This document shows, piece by piece, positions 44,101-53,932 of a stretch of DNA of 64,000 nt (position 1 is its first letter; the number at the start of each line of letters is the position of its first letter). Where the stretch lies: the IMG/VR virus record IMGVR_UViG_3300034012_003212, positions 1-64,000 of that record, one strand, 5' to 3'. A model generated the notes under the pieces. It did no database searches. It saw only the letters and a list, made by a program, of their open reading frames with translations, and was not told where the DNA came from. Made by a program: the position numbers and the translations under genes.

Positions 44101-46965
44101 TTCGTGTTCTACGTTTTCAACCTGAAGATATCCGTAAAGGGATACATCATATTTACCCCCTGAAAAGTACAGCCTGTATTTATTATTTCCTACGTTTTCA
44201 GTGGAAACATATTCCAACGTGACGTTATTAGATGGATCCTCTGATACAAGAGTGTATATGAAATGTCCTTCTGGATACAATTCATCTGATGATACCTCAA
44301 GTGTGGTCCAATCTTTATTCGAATTAAATCCTGTGAACTGTATTGTTTTCTTCCACCCTCCCATCGATGAATGATCTACTGTTTGCCTATTATCAAGCAT
44401 GACGTTCCAACGTTTTACTGATGTTTTCGTCTTCCTCTCTATGATGATTGAATCACCAGGAGTCGGAGTAAAATCGGGCTGTGTTACGAACTTGATGCTA
44501 CACAGAGGTTTAAAATCTTCAACCTTTTTTGCGGGAATTGCAGTGGAACCGATATTGGCCTTTGTGTTCCCGAAATCAAGAACATTTGATTTTATCGATG
44601 CTATGGCGTTCATCTCATTTCCGGCATCAATCACATCGATCGTACTTATAGAATAGAAAGAATTCTTCGTCTGTAATACATACTGTCTTCCAGGGGATGA
44701 AATTGATGTGCTCGGCGGGAAACTGACTGATTTTCCATCAGAAAGGAGATCGAGCGTAACAACTCCTCCGTTGGAAAGGTTTCCATTATTTTCCAACAAC
44801 TCAAAGAATACCGTGTAGTAATCGTCGGTCGACGTGATGTATTTAGGCAAAAACGTGACGTTAGAAAGCCTTGTTGTATCATAGAGAACTATGGCCTGTC
44901 TAACATCAAGTTTTTGATCGGCAACACCATCAAGCCAACGTGAAAGTTCATTGTCATCGAGATCCTGCTTTGATAAAACAATGCACGATGATTTTGATGC
45001 ATCGCTTGCATCCAATCTAAAAGATCCGTTCGATGTAGTTGTTTCATCTGGATCAAAATCAAAAAATCTCACGTAATACTTATTGCCATCAGTGGAATAC
45101 ACATCATCGTCCGTACATGTTAATGTGGCAATACCTGTTAATGATTCATACGCGCAACCAGTTACATTAAGATACTGCACGAGTGTTCCGTCTTCCTTCT
45201 CTAAGCGAACTGTGAATGATCCGGATTTTAGTTCTTCCGGATCAAACATGGAGTATATGGTGACTATAAGTTTCTTTGATGCGGATGATTCACTCTCAGT
45301 TGTAGCGTAATGGCGTAGTTTGTAGATGTTAGAATTCTTTGAAGCCTCGTCAGATGACCTAGATACCATCCGTGCTTCATTGAACCTCTTCGCACTGAGA
45401 ACCACCTTTACATCATCTTTGCTAGAAATCACGAGACTGTCTGTTAAAAACTTATCAGGAGATGATGAGAAGTCCTGCGTGAAAAGTGAAGATGTTTTTT
45501 GTAAATCAACTGAGTACTTTCCGATTTCTATGGAATCACAATAGAGTCCAAAGTATTGATATATTTCAAATGGACTTGCATCTTTATCATCGAATAAGAA
45601 TTCGATGTTCATGAACTGAGGGGAATATATTCCGCCTCTGGAGAATCCAGAAGTTATAAGGTCATTGAACTCAAAATCAGATAATCCTGATTGTATATCA
45701 GAACCAAGGAATTCTATATGTTCTGTCCATTCTCCATTCTTTACAGAAAGTCCAGTCCATGTAACTTTGTAATTGGATTGAGTGTCGATGTGAACAGGGC
45801 TCACATTAAATTTATCGTTAGACTTTATATTATCCAGATACGGGCCAAGCTCCGAATTTTTAATATCAATAATCTTTACGACCCTGGACTCTGAAAATAG
45901 ATCGCTTGTTTCCGATGTGACGGGTTTTGCAAATATTGCAAAATATTGGGGCACTTTTCCTTTAATCCACAGGGGCGCAAATGCCTTTAGCGATTCCCGG
46001 TTTCCTATCGTTCGCTCCACCCCTGCGTTTATTCCAGTGAAATATTGTTCAGAGAATTTATCAGTGGAATATTTTAGGTCTATCTCATTGAACGAATATA
46101 TCGAATCGGCGGGAACATATTCAAAAAATTTAGAAGAGTCCCTGGCAAGGCCCAAATTTGTGCAGCGCCTCCTGTAACTCATATGGAACGGGGATGACGA
46201 CGCCCATATCTTGTCCATATACAGTTTTCCTCCAGAATCCAACTGAAGTGTCATGGAACTGGATATGGGAACGAATGATCTAGCAAGTTGAAGGGTATCA
46301 TCCTGGTCATTTACCGAAGGAGGATTCAAGTTCGGTTGGATCTTTTCTTCCTCAGGTGTGACATAAAATTCATAGAATAATGAGCGCTTTCCTGGTATTT
46401 CTAGTTTTACGCTAGCGTATTTTTCTGTGTAATCATACGTTCTTGAACTTATGCGTAGGTATACTCTGGTCTCAGGCTGTAATGCTATGGTATATGAACC
46501 ATTTGCAACAACTGGCGAATTAACATCAGGAAGGTTTCCTCCAAGTAGGCGAGCCAAAGAAAATTGATCAACAGAAAATCTAGGAAAACCGCCGACTGTA
46601 GTGACATATTCCAATTCGATTCCGGTGAACAATCCTTCTTCCGAAAACAAATAGAACTTATTTCCAGAATCGAAATGTTGATATTCTGCAAAGGATGGTA
46701 TGTGTATCTCAAGGAAATACACAGGAGAGCCGGTAGAATACGACCGTATTGCAACAAGCTTATCGTTCTCGATAAAAAATCCAGGTATCTTTGGAACTGT
46801 TATGTATCGGCTCTCTCCAGGGGAATAGAGTGTTTCGTTGTTCTCGATGGAAAGAATACCATAAACATCATTTATCCGCACACGATAGTTCAGGTCGTCG
46901 CGGCATGAATTATTTGTAACAGGTAAGAAAAAATTATCTATTTTTTTCCTGGAATATATTTTCAT
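41119..46965 (-). CDS. Very large putative tail/baseplate protein (1948 aa)
   Basis: Uninterrupted ORF in the structural operon. Confidence 0.55.
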   Translation of the reverse strand: MKIYSRKKIDNFFLPVTNNSCRDDLNYRVRINDVYGILSIENNETLYSPGESRYITVPKIPGFFIENDKLVAIRSYSTGSPVYFLEIHIPSFAEYQHFDSGNKFYLFSEEGLFTGIELEYVTTVGGFPRFSVDQFSLARLLGGNLPDVNSPVVANGSYTIALQPETRVYLRISSRTYDYTEKYASVKLEIPGKRSLFYEFYVTPEEEKIQPNLNPPSVNDQDDTLQLARSFVPISSSMTLQLDSGGKLYMDKIWASSSPFHMSYRRRCTNLGLARDSSKFFEYVPADSIYSFNEIDLKYSTDKFSEQYFTGINAGVERTIGNRESLKAFAPLWIKGKVPQYFAIFAKPVTSETSDLFSESRVVKIIDIKNSELGPYLDNIKSNDKFNVSPVHIDTQSNYKVTWTGLSVKNGEWTEHIEFLGSDIQSGLSDFEFNDLITSGFSRGGIYSPQFMNIEFLFDDKDASPFEIYQYFGLYCDSIEIGKYSVDLQKTSSLFTQDFSSSPDKFLTDSLVISSKDDVKVVLSAKRFNEARMVSRSSDEASKNSNIYKLRHYATTESESSASKKLIVTIYSMFDPEELKSGSFTVRLEKEDGTLVQYLNVTGCAYESLTGIATLTCTDDDVYSTDGNKYYVRFFDFDPDETTTSNGSFRLDASDASKSSCIVLSKQDLDDNELSRWLDGVADQKLDVRQAIVLYDTTRLSNVTFLPKYITSTDDYYTVFFELLENNGNLSNGGVVTLDLLSDGKSVSFPPSTSISSPGRQYVLQTKNSFYSISTIDVIDAGNEMNAIASIKSNVLDFGNTKANIGSTAIPAKKVEDFKPLCSIKFVTQPDFTPTPGDSIIIERKTKTSVKRWNVMLDNRQTVDHSSMGGWKKTIQFTGFNSNKDWTTLEVSSDELYPEGHFIYTLVSEDPSNNVTLEYVSTENVGNNKYRLYFSGGKYDVSLYGYLQVENVEHEIVYSPIVNSQTLESMFLIGLQSFKNPPFKCSIESGNLCVIMDDDTGDSSIMISNYFNRSIKINGRMARKQFINYDRKITYAFSRFVFRSSDNVYSIPESFSGLIKESTSVFSPSGKNCRIISLDERNLFIPDVLGAKQARENSILISLDSEPFIKDGRIKLVEELETSIHLLSFKRFVDLNFFDELPYRDSQGISFSRVGLSQDYPFNNLNGEEYTKEVLVRNRSSITKEQSTNNIASSMRSQRGKTFPNVGRWKKSDSSNANLEPYTLNADPLQLQYDNFTGIPYNDAIPDTFPLDFYVISGWPMDATPEDEFTYDYTGKRIDPELLKSVDYDYFTAYFSVGDGSEKFTSGNRRSYRTLWSKVKTSDDDKFETMFKGLPLRLISKNNIDGYRFCSVLQVEDGNFGPRKITVITNEKWRCITLLVSVSLSTSSIDGSLTVKELYNLSNNQLNTQYGQLYGPMCIFGSDDILRFDLSPRAYNDKKIIKKNSYINPTNSYDDAQRHDGFRREEYETKVTIEYDYAAPNDIELLKVPYYPNCDYIIEGLLYKENVKISMCIPRERIRGVYDPVLMRKRTFVDGSYLDSFFSMVCDSTTGPIKTLFKFDGKDSITCDGSLRLYGQNSAPVDVSGILTKISSPVVYAVGDQPVYADTINSCVAQKVLEDISYGLFHDIYVGLSGKLSQSKIQFEYNTPQKLKPNSYKSAFVDFSGKITFTDSKNDLNIFRVDGDFEPSYKDVLHFSSSEDKLLSKIFYNSFNGMNTNVVGTNNIGLWFRRVSDNVISDGITAVNGDRVRLPFAVGRIFIQPNIDIWKNAMYAKAKDKTIDVGVIGIDAKSTGRFFLGSRECNLPRYLRSHQYDHSVNDENFSVSYVTTSNYLTLQVNLKKIIADEIFSKGLAKFFDNVRSVLSSSNPYAVAREYIESELINAYSIKSVEIYTCPSSVTEVISSVNDPKDLKDYRKMDELQVNDQNGFVTSFPLDGAYRVLLAFNITRN

Positions 46966-46966
46966 C

Positions 46967-49900
46967 TCAGATTTGGATAGTTGAAGTTAGTTGAGAAGTA
47001 TACCTTGTGCTTCCGTCAGAAACATATGATGAAGAGATTATGAAATCAAAAGAGAACAGTGGATCCCCCTTACAACTTATGTCGATGCCAAGACCTCGTA
47101 CCGATGTTAAATTGGAAAAATTCCTGTTTACAAGACCGCCGAGGTTATTCAGCTTATCGGTAAATCTGTACTGGAATATTATAGGTATCACAACTTTATA
47201 CTCTTCACCCATTGGAAGTTCCTTGAATGAATTTAACCCGCTTCCATTAACTTTTATTGTTTCAATCGATGGGCTCTGAATATAAAGATATGATCCAACT
47301 GTGTCGCTTCCAATCAAGTATGGATCGTCGTAGCTAAACCCTAGTTTCATAGGATATGGCCACTGTGAATTTTCAGAGAACTGAGCATATCCAGCCTGAG
47401 GCTTCGGCCTCGTTGGATCATCACTCGGAGATACGACAAAAGCTGAATTGTGGTGAAACTGAGGATATCTAAACGGAGCATTCGATGCCATGCTATCTAC
47501 TTTACTATTCAACATAGGAGAATTGAAGTAATTAGCCAATGTTGGTTTGTTTGTTGTGCTTGGCGAATACTGATCGGTTCCAACCTTTACAAATTTTATG
47601 GCCGGATGATCCACGCTTACGCAGAACGATGTTAGACTGCCTCCACCCAACGGGGAAAGGTATTCAATGTCACCGACTGTATTCGTTGTATTTGAATCAA
47701 AATCGTTGGACCAAACGTTCGCATGAGTAGGAGCATTATATCCAAGATCCGAATTTGGGATCAACTGGGTCGGAGGCGCAAACTGATCATAGAAATTATA
47801 GAGACCGTTCAATGAAACTGCCCTGGAATATATGAACTGGCTCGCCTGTTGGGACGATTGATATGGTATGGGCTGGTTTGCGACATACTCCGGAAGATAG
47901 TACGAATCCCTCGTTCTCATTGGGGCAGCCGCGAGTCCTATCGGAACTCGATTGTATGCCTTGTTCGAGTAATCCTGGGGGACCTGAACGCCGTTAAAAA
48001 TATTTCCAGCAGACGAAGGAAGACCATCTCTAAGAAGGCCCGGGAACTGTGATAACAGCATCAATGGAGTTGCTGATGAGTTTTCTATCACAAGATTGTA
48101 CTGTTTTGTGACTATCGCCCCTGGCCTTTCAGATTCAGAAACTAATTTTAGGTCCTCTACATAGAATCCAGCGTTGGCAGAAATCGTAGCTCCGTTTGCG
48201 ACAGATATAGAGTTTCCATATGGATCTATTATTGAAACCTTTAGCATGCCCTTTCCTGTTTCAACCTTCGTCCTAAGCGCTGATAACTGTGCCTCAAGAT
48301 CTTTTATCTTCTGGGCAAGCGTTACTACGCTGTTGGCATCTATCGAATAAGAGATCTCATCTGCATTATGTGCAACGTACACTGATCCAACTTGAGTGGA
48401 GTTCTGTATGTGCTCTGTTATTCCAATGTTGGTTAAAGAATCCTGGAGTCCCTTTTGGGCTAATTTTGTCTGTATGCTTGTGACAAGATTAGCGACATCG
48501 GGTTTAACAAGTGATTCAGGAAAATCAACAACGATACTGGTGGAAAAATCGCTTTCGATCGGATTCGCCGGCCATCCTGCTTCTGAAATACTTGAAACTT
48601 GTATTTCTACCCTTTCTCCTTGCGTGATCGCAACCTCAAGCTGCTGCGTATTGACTTCATCCGGATTCTGTATATCGCTCTGCCTCCATACAACGGATCC
48701 ATCAGGAAGAACGACTCGATTCCTTGGTTTTGTGACAAACTCCTGCCACCTAGAAAAATATGCACTCGCAGTGCTTCCATCCTGGCTAGTGAACGGAACC
48801 TCCCTCGCCGATGCAGTAGATTCATTCATTGGTAGATACCGGTAACGAACCCTGAATGCAATGACCTCCTGCTTTTTCCCCTGTATAGATACGCGGGCTG
48901 CTGGTATTTCCCAGAAACCAAAGATGGAGTATTTCGAAGGTGTTGTTGAAATATTAGGATTCTGTGCCAATATATTTTCAGCCTTCGTCAACAGCCCAGA
49001 ATTCATCTCATTCAGGGAATTTATCTGTTTCTGAATAGATTCCTTGGAAGACTGATACGCAATCGACGCAGTGGATGTTGCGCTAACAGTATCTGTTGCA
49101 GTGAGATTCTGGTTTAACTTATTGAGTTCGATGTTAAGACTCGATATCTTCTTATCGTTGTTGTGTATCTGAGAATATATCTGATTTAATTCATTTTCAG
49201 CCTGGGTTCCGTCTATCTGATCATTGAGACGCTTTACAACGAAATTATCCTGTCTGAGTTCGGGTGGTGATGGTTTAGTTCCTGTTAGTATGCTCACCCT
49301 CTTTTCGCGCGCATGGGAAACTAAATCTTCGCTGAGATCTATGACATATGTGTCATAAAAATCTGATATTCCTACATTTCCCTTAGAAGACTGGTAGAAT
49401 AAATCATTGGTATAAAATCCAACACCAGGAGACCACTCGGATGAAGTTATGTTATCTTGTATAGGTTTCATGAAGAGTATTTCGTACTCATTCATTGCTA
49501 TGGGAACATTCAATATCTGAGGATTGTATAGCTCACTTTGTATGCTTAAAACATCCACACCTATTTCTATAGAATCTGCTCCTTGCGTTCTCTTCAACGT
49601 CACAATATTCTTTGTTTCATCTATCTCGGTGACAGAAAAAAGAGATGAACCCTTTATGAGAACGTCGCCGGGTTTCAATGCCTGATTCGATTTCACCCTT
49701 GATATAGAATCAGTGTAATTCAGAGAATCAAGCACATACCTCCTGATGTTGTTTTGGCCCGATACTCGATCAAGTATCTTAACAACGCTAAATGTTCCGT
49801 AGTACCTTGGAGTTGCTGGAGGCAGCTCCATCGTCTCATCATCTATGTTAAAGTTAATGAGAGAATCGGTTAAAAAGAGAACACAATCATCGAATGATAT

Positions 49901-50428
49901 ATCGTTCTTTCCCTTAAATGCATTTTCGAATATTGTCTTTTTATCGGCTGTATCAGCATCAACAAGTAATCTCCTGACCTGTACGTGTTTTACATTAGAA
50001 TCTATCTTTCCTGATAGATCAAAACGAACCGTCATGAGAGGTGACATGAGGTTCTTAAAGAAATAATTGTCCTGTGGAACGAACGTCGTGGGAGTCGTCA
50101 GCGATGTTATTCTCCTAGGAGATGGGGACAAATTAACAGCTATTATCCTCTTGAATGAACCGTCGGATTGGCGAACAAGAACATCCGATTCTCCTATTCC
50201 ACTCATGTTGGACACATTGGTGTCGATCCTTCGCAATTCTGAACGAAGATAACCAAGGGACGGTATGCTCAGCGTGGAAGTGTTTCCGTTATCAAGGGTT
50301 ACACTAACATCTATCGTCTCATTCGGAGTGCTAGAAGCAAGCGCAAGCGCGTTAAGTATTTCAATCGCATTTTTGTGCAATCTTACTATATCTAGCAAGT
50401 ATGATGAAGAACTATTCGTTGCTGCCAT
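46967..50428 (-). CDS. Putative baseplate/tail protein (1153 aa)
   Basis: Coiled-coil and Ig/FN3-like beta segments; operon context. Confidence 0.55.
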   Translation of the reverse strand: MAATNSSSSYLLDIVRLHKNAIEILNALALASSTPNETIDVSVTLDNGNTSTLSIPSLGYLRSELRRIDTNVSNMSGIGESDVLVRQSDGSFKRIIAVNLSPSPRRITSLTTPTTFVPQDNYFFKNLMSPLMTVRFDLSGKIDSNVKHVQVRRLLVDADTADKKTIFENAFKGKNDISFDDCVLFLTDSLINFNIDDETMELPPATPRYYGTFSVVKILDRVSGQNNIRRYVLDSLNYTDSISRVKSNQALKPGDVLIKGSSLFSVTEIDETKNIVTLKRTQGADSIEIGVDVLSIQSELYNPQILNVPIAMNEYEILFMKPIQDNITSSEWSPGVGFYTNDLFYQSSKGNVGISDFYDTYVIDLSEDLVSHAREKRVSILTGTKPSPPELRQDNFVVKRLNDQIDGTQAENELNQIYSQIHNNDKKISSLNIELNKLNQNLTATDTVSATSTASIAYQSSKESIQKQINSLNEMNSGLLTKAENILAQNPNISTTPSKYSIFGFWEIPAARVSIQGKKQEVIAFRVRYRYLPMNESTASAREVPFTSQDGSTASAYFSRWQEFVTKPRNRVVLPDGSVVWRQSDIQNPDEVNTQQLEVAITQGERVEIQVSSISEAGWPANPIESDFSTSIVVDFPESLVKPDVANLVTSIQTKLAQKGLQDSLTNIGITEHIQNSTQVGSVYVAHNADEISYSIDANSVVTLAQKIKDLEAQLSALRTKVETGKGMLKVSIIDPYGNSISVANGATISANAGFYVEDLKLVSESERPGAIVTKQYNLVIENSSATPLMLLSQFPGLLRDGLPSSAGNIFNGVQVPQDYSNKAYNRVPIGLAAAPMRTRDSYYLPEYVANQPIPYQSSQQASQFIYSRAVSLNGLYNFYDQFAPPTQLIPNSDLGYNAPTHANVWSNDFDSNTTNTVGDIEYLSPLGGGSLTSFCVSVDHPAIKFVKVGTDQYSPSTTNKPTLANYFNSPMLNSKVDSMASNAPFRYPQFHHNSAFVVSPSDDPTRPKPQAGYAQFSENSQWPYPMKLGFSYDDPYLIGSDTVGSYLYIQSPSIETIKVNGSGLNSFKELPMGEEYKVVIPIIFQYRFTDKLNNLGGLVNRNFSNLTSVRGLGIDISCKGDPLFSFDFIISSSYVSDGSTRYTSQLTSTIQI

Positions 50429-50429
50429 T

Positions 50430-52574
50430 TTATCTTATTTTTTCAATGTTAAATGTGTACGTCTTTGGATCAAGACAAACTACTTCAAAATAGGGCTGAT
50501 TTCCAGAGAACGAGAACTGCGACGCGTTGAATGTGCCTATTATTTTGCTGTACGGGACCGCCGCGCCAGATCTGTTAGTCGAATCAGTGATTATAGAGAA
50601 CTTCTTCTCAAACGGGTTGTAACCGCTCTGTAAGTTAACCGGAGAAGAAAAACAGATGCGTATTATTTGTCCAGACTGAAACTGAATATTAGAATCATCT
50701 ATGAGGAGCGTCATGTCCATGTTCGGATCAAATGGAGATGAATCATCGGTCTTAAATAGAACATAATTACTTCCATCAAGGAGCGTGTGAGTATATTGGA
50801 AAACCGAATTCACTTCACTGTATTCATTAAGATCGATGTACGGTTTAGCTACATCGATGGAATAACCTGCCCGAGTGTTGGAAATTTCAACCTTTCCTGC
50901 GCGTTTCTTTAGGTTTATACCACGTCCTGACGTGAGAACATCAACGTTGTATTGCATCAAAACACTGGTCTTGTTGTTATAGATATCTATGATTGCATCA
51001 TAGTTTCTCTGTATCAGATCTATTATGGATTTTGAATTGCTGAAATATGCCTGAGAATCTATAAAATCCTGTTCCAGCGTCGTCACACGCGAATCCAAAG
51101 AATCCACAGAATTCTGTGTCAACAGTTGTTCCTCTATGTCATCAATCCTTTTTTGAAGAAGGGATATATTTGCTAACTGCGTGAGCAATTGATCACTTGC
51201 GCCCCTCAATTCAGTCAATGCTTCATTGAATAATTGAAGGGAAAATGTGTTGTAATCATTTATGCTCGATTGAACAGAAGTGTCCTCAACATTCGTATCG
51301 AGCCTTAAATTAACTCTAAGACCATACGAATTTCCGTTCATGTTAGTTTCAACATTAGGACGGTACTTCGTGAATCTCGGTATGTATGCGCCGCTCGTGG
51401 AAGGCTGCAGATCATCGAGGAACAGCACCCCGAAGAGGTTTGTTGCCTTCTGCGTCGGATCATCCTTTGACACAATGTCATAATATATGAGCACTGTATT
51501 AAAGTCAAAGGATGTACTTCCTGGTGTCTTGTTGAACGAATACCACGAATTGGTAGCAGCCTCTTGGTTTGCCAATTGGTAGTTCGTGAGATCAAAGTCT
51601 ATACCAATTCCGTCTAATCGGCTTCTTCTGAAATACACGTCATTTCCGGCTTCTGCTCCTATTCCGACTATCTTTAGATCATCGTTCCTTGAATCATTGA
51701 GCCTCACGGGTTCAAGGAAATACGTGTTATCACTTGTGTATGGCCACCACCATGAATCCGATTGGTAGTTTCCTGATGAATCCTTCTTGTACAATTCGTA
51801 TGTTGATCCATCGGTGTATGAGCCCTCACAATCATAATACGCGCGCGTATCTAGGCCTGAAGGTTGCACATCATCAGCGGTTCTTCCAGATATGTACGCC
51901 TGATCCAACGGATTCAACGGAGAATACCGAAGCGCGGTGTTCGCTGCGTAATTGGTATCCTTTGTCTCGCTCGTGAACATTACATATGGGCTCCTTCCTG
52001 CATCTGTTGGAACGTGGATGTAGATCTCTGCTTGAGTACTTCCGTTCACGCTAGATGTATTAACGAGGTCAACTTCACCGACGTACTTTATAACCCTTGA
52101 ATATTGGAGACTTTCGTCCTCTTCAACAAATCTTTGACCAGTGCTTGTGTTATTCGTCGATGTCTCGGATGCGTTCGATTCCCTGAACCTCAATGCTCCG
52201 ATTTCCTTCAGCCATTTGAAAAAGACTCGTTCTGATACGGTATGCAGGGCAGATGAATCATAACTGTCCTGACTCTGTATGAGAGTCTCAAGGTTGAATG
52301 CGTAATCCTGTAGCGAATTTGCAAATGCTATATTAGCCGAGCTTGATGCGTCATATACCTTGGAATACGCTCCTGGAACAGAACGAAGCTGTACATAATT
52401 CTCATAGTTCTCGGGAGTGGCTATATTCGGTATGTCGAGTAATGCAAATTTTGAGAACGTCACATCATAGCTAGGATTGGAGAACGTGAAATTGATGTCC
52501 TCTACGCTAGAAGGGAATGTATAGACGGTACCGCCTTGTACTCGTATCGGCCTTATGAATGGTGCTACTGCCAT
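50430..52574 (-). CDS. Putative virion structural protein (714 aa)
   Basis: Operon context; ATATATA motif at 52582-52588 upstream. Confidence 0.55.
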   Translation of the reverse strand: MAVAPFIRPIRVQGGTVYTFPSSVEDINFTFSNPSYDVTFSKFALLDIPNIATPENYENYVQLRSVPGAYSKVYDASSSANIAFANSLQDYAFNLETLIQSQDSYDSSALHTVSERVFFKWLKEIGALRFRESNASETSTNNTSTGQRFVEEDESLQYSRVIKYVGEVDLVNTSSVNGSTQAEIYIHVPTDAGRSPYVMFTSETKDTNYAANTALRYSPLNPLDQAYISGRTADDVQPSGLDTRAYYDCEGSYTDGSTYELYKKDSSGNYQSDSWWWPYTSDNTYFLEPVRLNDSRNDDLKIVGIGAEAGNDVYFRRSRLDGIGIDFDLTNYQLANQEAATNSWYSFNKTPGSTSFDFNTVLIYYDIVSKDDPTQKATNLFGVLFLDDLQPSTSGAYIPRFTKYRPNVETNMNGNSYGLRVNLRLDTNVEDTSVQSSINDYNTFSLQLFNEALTELRGASDQLLTQLANISLLQKRIDDIEEQLLTQNSVDSLDSRVTTLEQDFIDSQAYFSNSKSIIDLIQRNYDAIIDIYNNKTSVLMQYNVDVLTSGRGINLKKRAGKVEISNTRAGYSIDVAKPYIDLNEYSEVNSVFQYTHTLLDGSNYVLFKTDDSSPFDPNMDMTLLIDDSNIQFQSGQIIRICFSSPVNLQSGYNPFEKKFSIITDSTNRSGAAVPYSKIIGTFNASQFSFSGNQPYFEVVCLDPKTYTFNIEKIR

Positions 52575-52591
52575 ATTGTATTATATATTTC

Positions 52592-53932
52592 TTATGAGAA
52601 TGTGTTAAATATCGTGGAATCAGAAAACGAAGAGAAATCCCTCTTCGATGCACCGAATCCCATGATCTGAACTTCATACCGACAATTTGTCAATATCGAA
52701 TGAATTCGCGTATCCCTCTCATTGACCGTGACGTACCGCCAAGAACTCGAAAAAACTGGCTTGAAGCGGGCAGTATAGTATGAAAATTTCTTGTTCTTTT
52801 TGACCTGAATTCTGAAAGAACTGCTGGGATTTTCCAAAATGTAGTCAACGAGATCACTGTTTTGTAATCCATGAAGAGCGTCAGAATTTTCTATAGGTAT
52901 GTTGATCCTTGGGTCTTCCGTCACGATGTACCAAGAAGTAGAATTGCGAGATGCGCCGGATGGCTTATATATTGTTTTTAGGGTGAAAGAATTACCAGAA
53001 GATGACGAAACGATCCCGATAAAATACTTTGACCCAAGATCCTGTGATTCCAGATCTAACGGGGTTGCTGAAACGTATACTCTTTTTCCTACTTCGTATT
53101 CCCCGGATGGATTCAAGAGAGAAACTACAACAGAATCCGATAGCTTCAATTGAAGGAGATTCACCTGAAGCGAATTCGTAAAATCATATGTTTGATTACT
53201 AAAAGAGCAGTCCCCTGATATTATCAACTCCCTCGTATCATCACTTCCATTGGAATTTCTTAAAAGAACTGGATTACCTGGTTCAAAGTTCCCGTTTTCA
53301 AACTGGGTGCGTGATGCTTTTACCCATATGTTCGGATTCGGCGTCTCTACATCAGAGTAAGAAAGAACCCTAGAGGACACGTGATTGCTCGAATCATTTG
53401 TGATGTAATTAATTGAAAAACTAATATCGTTGCTTAACCGGAATAGATCTTCCTGTGATACATCAAGATCTCGTGAATAAACGACTGAATACTTTTTATC
53501 AGTCTCAGAAACGTATGAATCAAAATCTGAATCACATGAATCATCTAGCAATACTGCATATGTGTTTGTCATCCTCCTCTGAACAGCAACGACAGTGAAT
53601 TTCCAACATCTCGATGTGTAATCATCGATGATTAGCAAAGTATCCCTTCCGTTTAATGATGATCCATATAGGTCGTCATCATTTATCAGTCCATTGAAAG
53701 TAATCTGATACAAACATCCGCGTGATATTTCATTTCCACCATTCTGATTCAAACTCCTGGAGTAAAAAACAGAATCGACTGTTATTGTTTTTGTGAGGCC
53801 TGATACTTCATTTTCTTCAGATTTCAAAAAAGAATAGCGTGAAGCATCAAGAGAAGATGCTCCTAAAAAATTAGAATTATCAAGCCCTGGTACGCTCGGG
53901 TATTTTACGTCGCAGTTTAATCTATAGGACAT
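52592..53932 (-). CDS. Putative structural protein with C-terminal FN3-like domain
   Basis: W.YVTV......L....YEVQIMG pattern. Confidence 0.5.
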   Translation of the reverse strand: MSYRLNCDVKYPSVPGLDNSNFLGASSLDASRYSFLKSEENEVSGLTKTITVDSVFYSRSLNQNGGNEISRGCLYQITFNGLINDDDLYGSSLNGRDTLLIIDDYTSRCWKFTVVAVQRRMTNTYAVLLDDSCDSDFDSYVSETDKKYSVVYSRDLDVSQEDLFRLSNDISFSINYITNDSSNHVSSRVLSYSDVETPNPNIWVKASRTQFENGNFEPGNPVLLRNSNGSDDTRELIISGDCSFSNQTYDFTNSLQVNLLQLKLSDSVVVSLLNPSGEYEVGKRVYVSATPLDLESQDLGSKYFIGIVSSSSGNSFTLKTIYKPSGASRNSTSWYIVTEDPRINIPIENSDALHGLQNSDLVDYILENPSSSFRIQVKKNKKFSYYTARFKPVFSSSWRYVTVNERDTRIHSILTNCRYEVQIMGFGASKRDFSSFSDSTIFNTFS

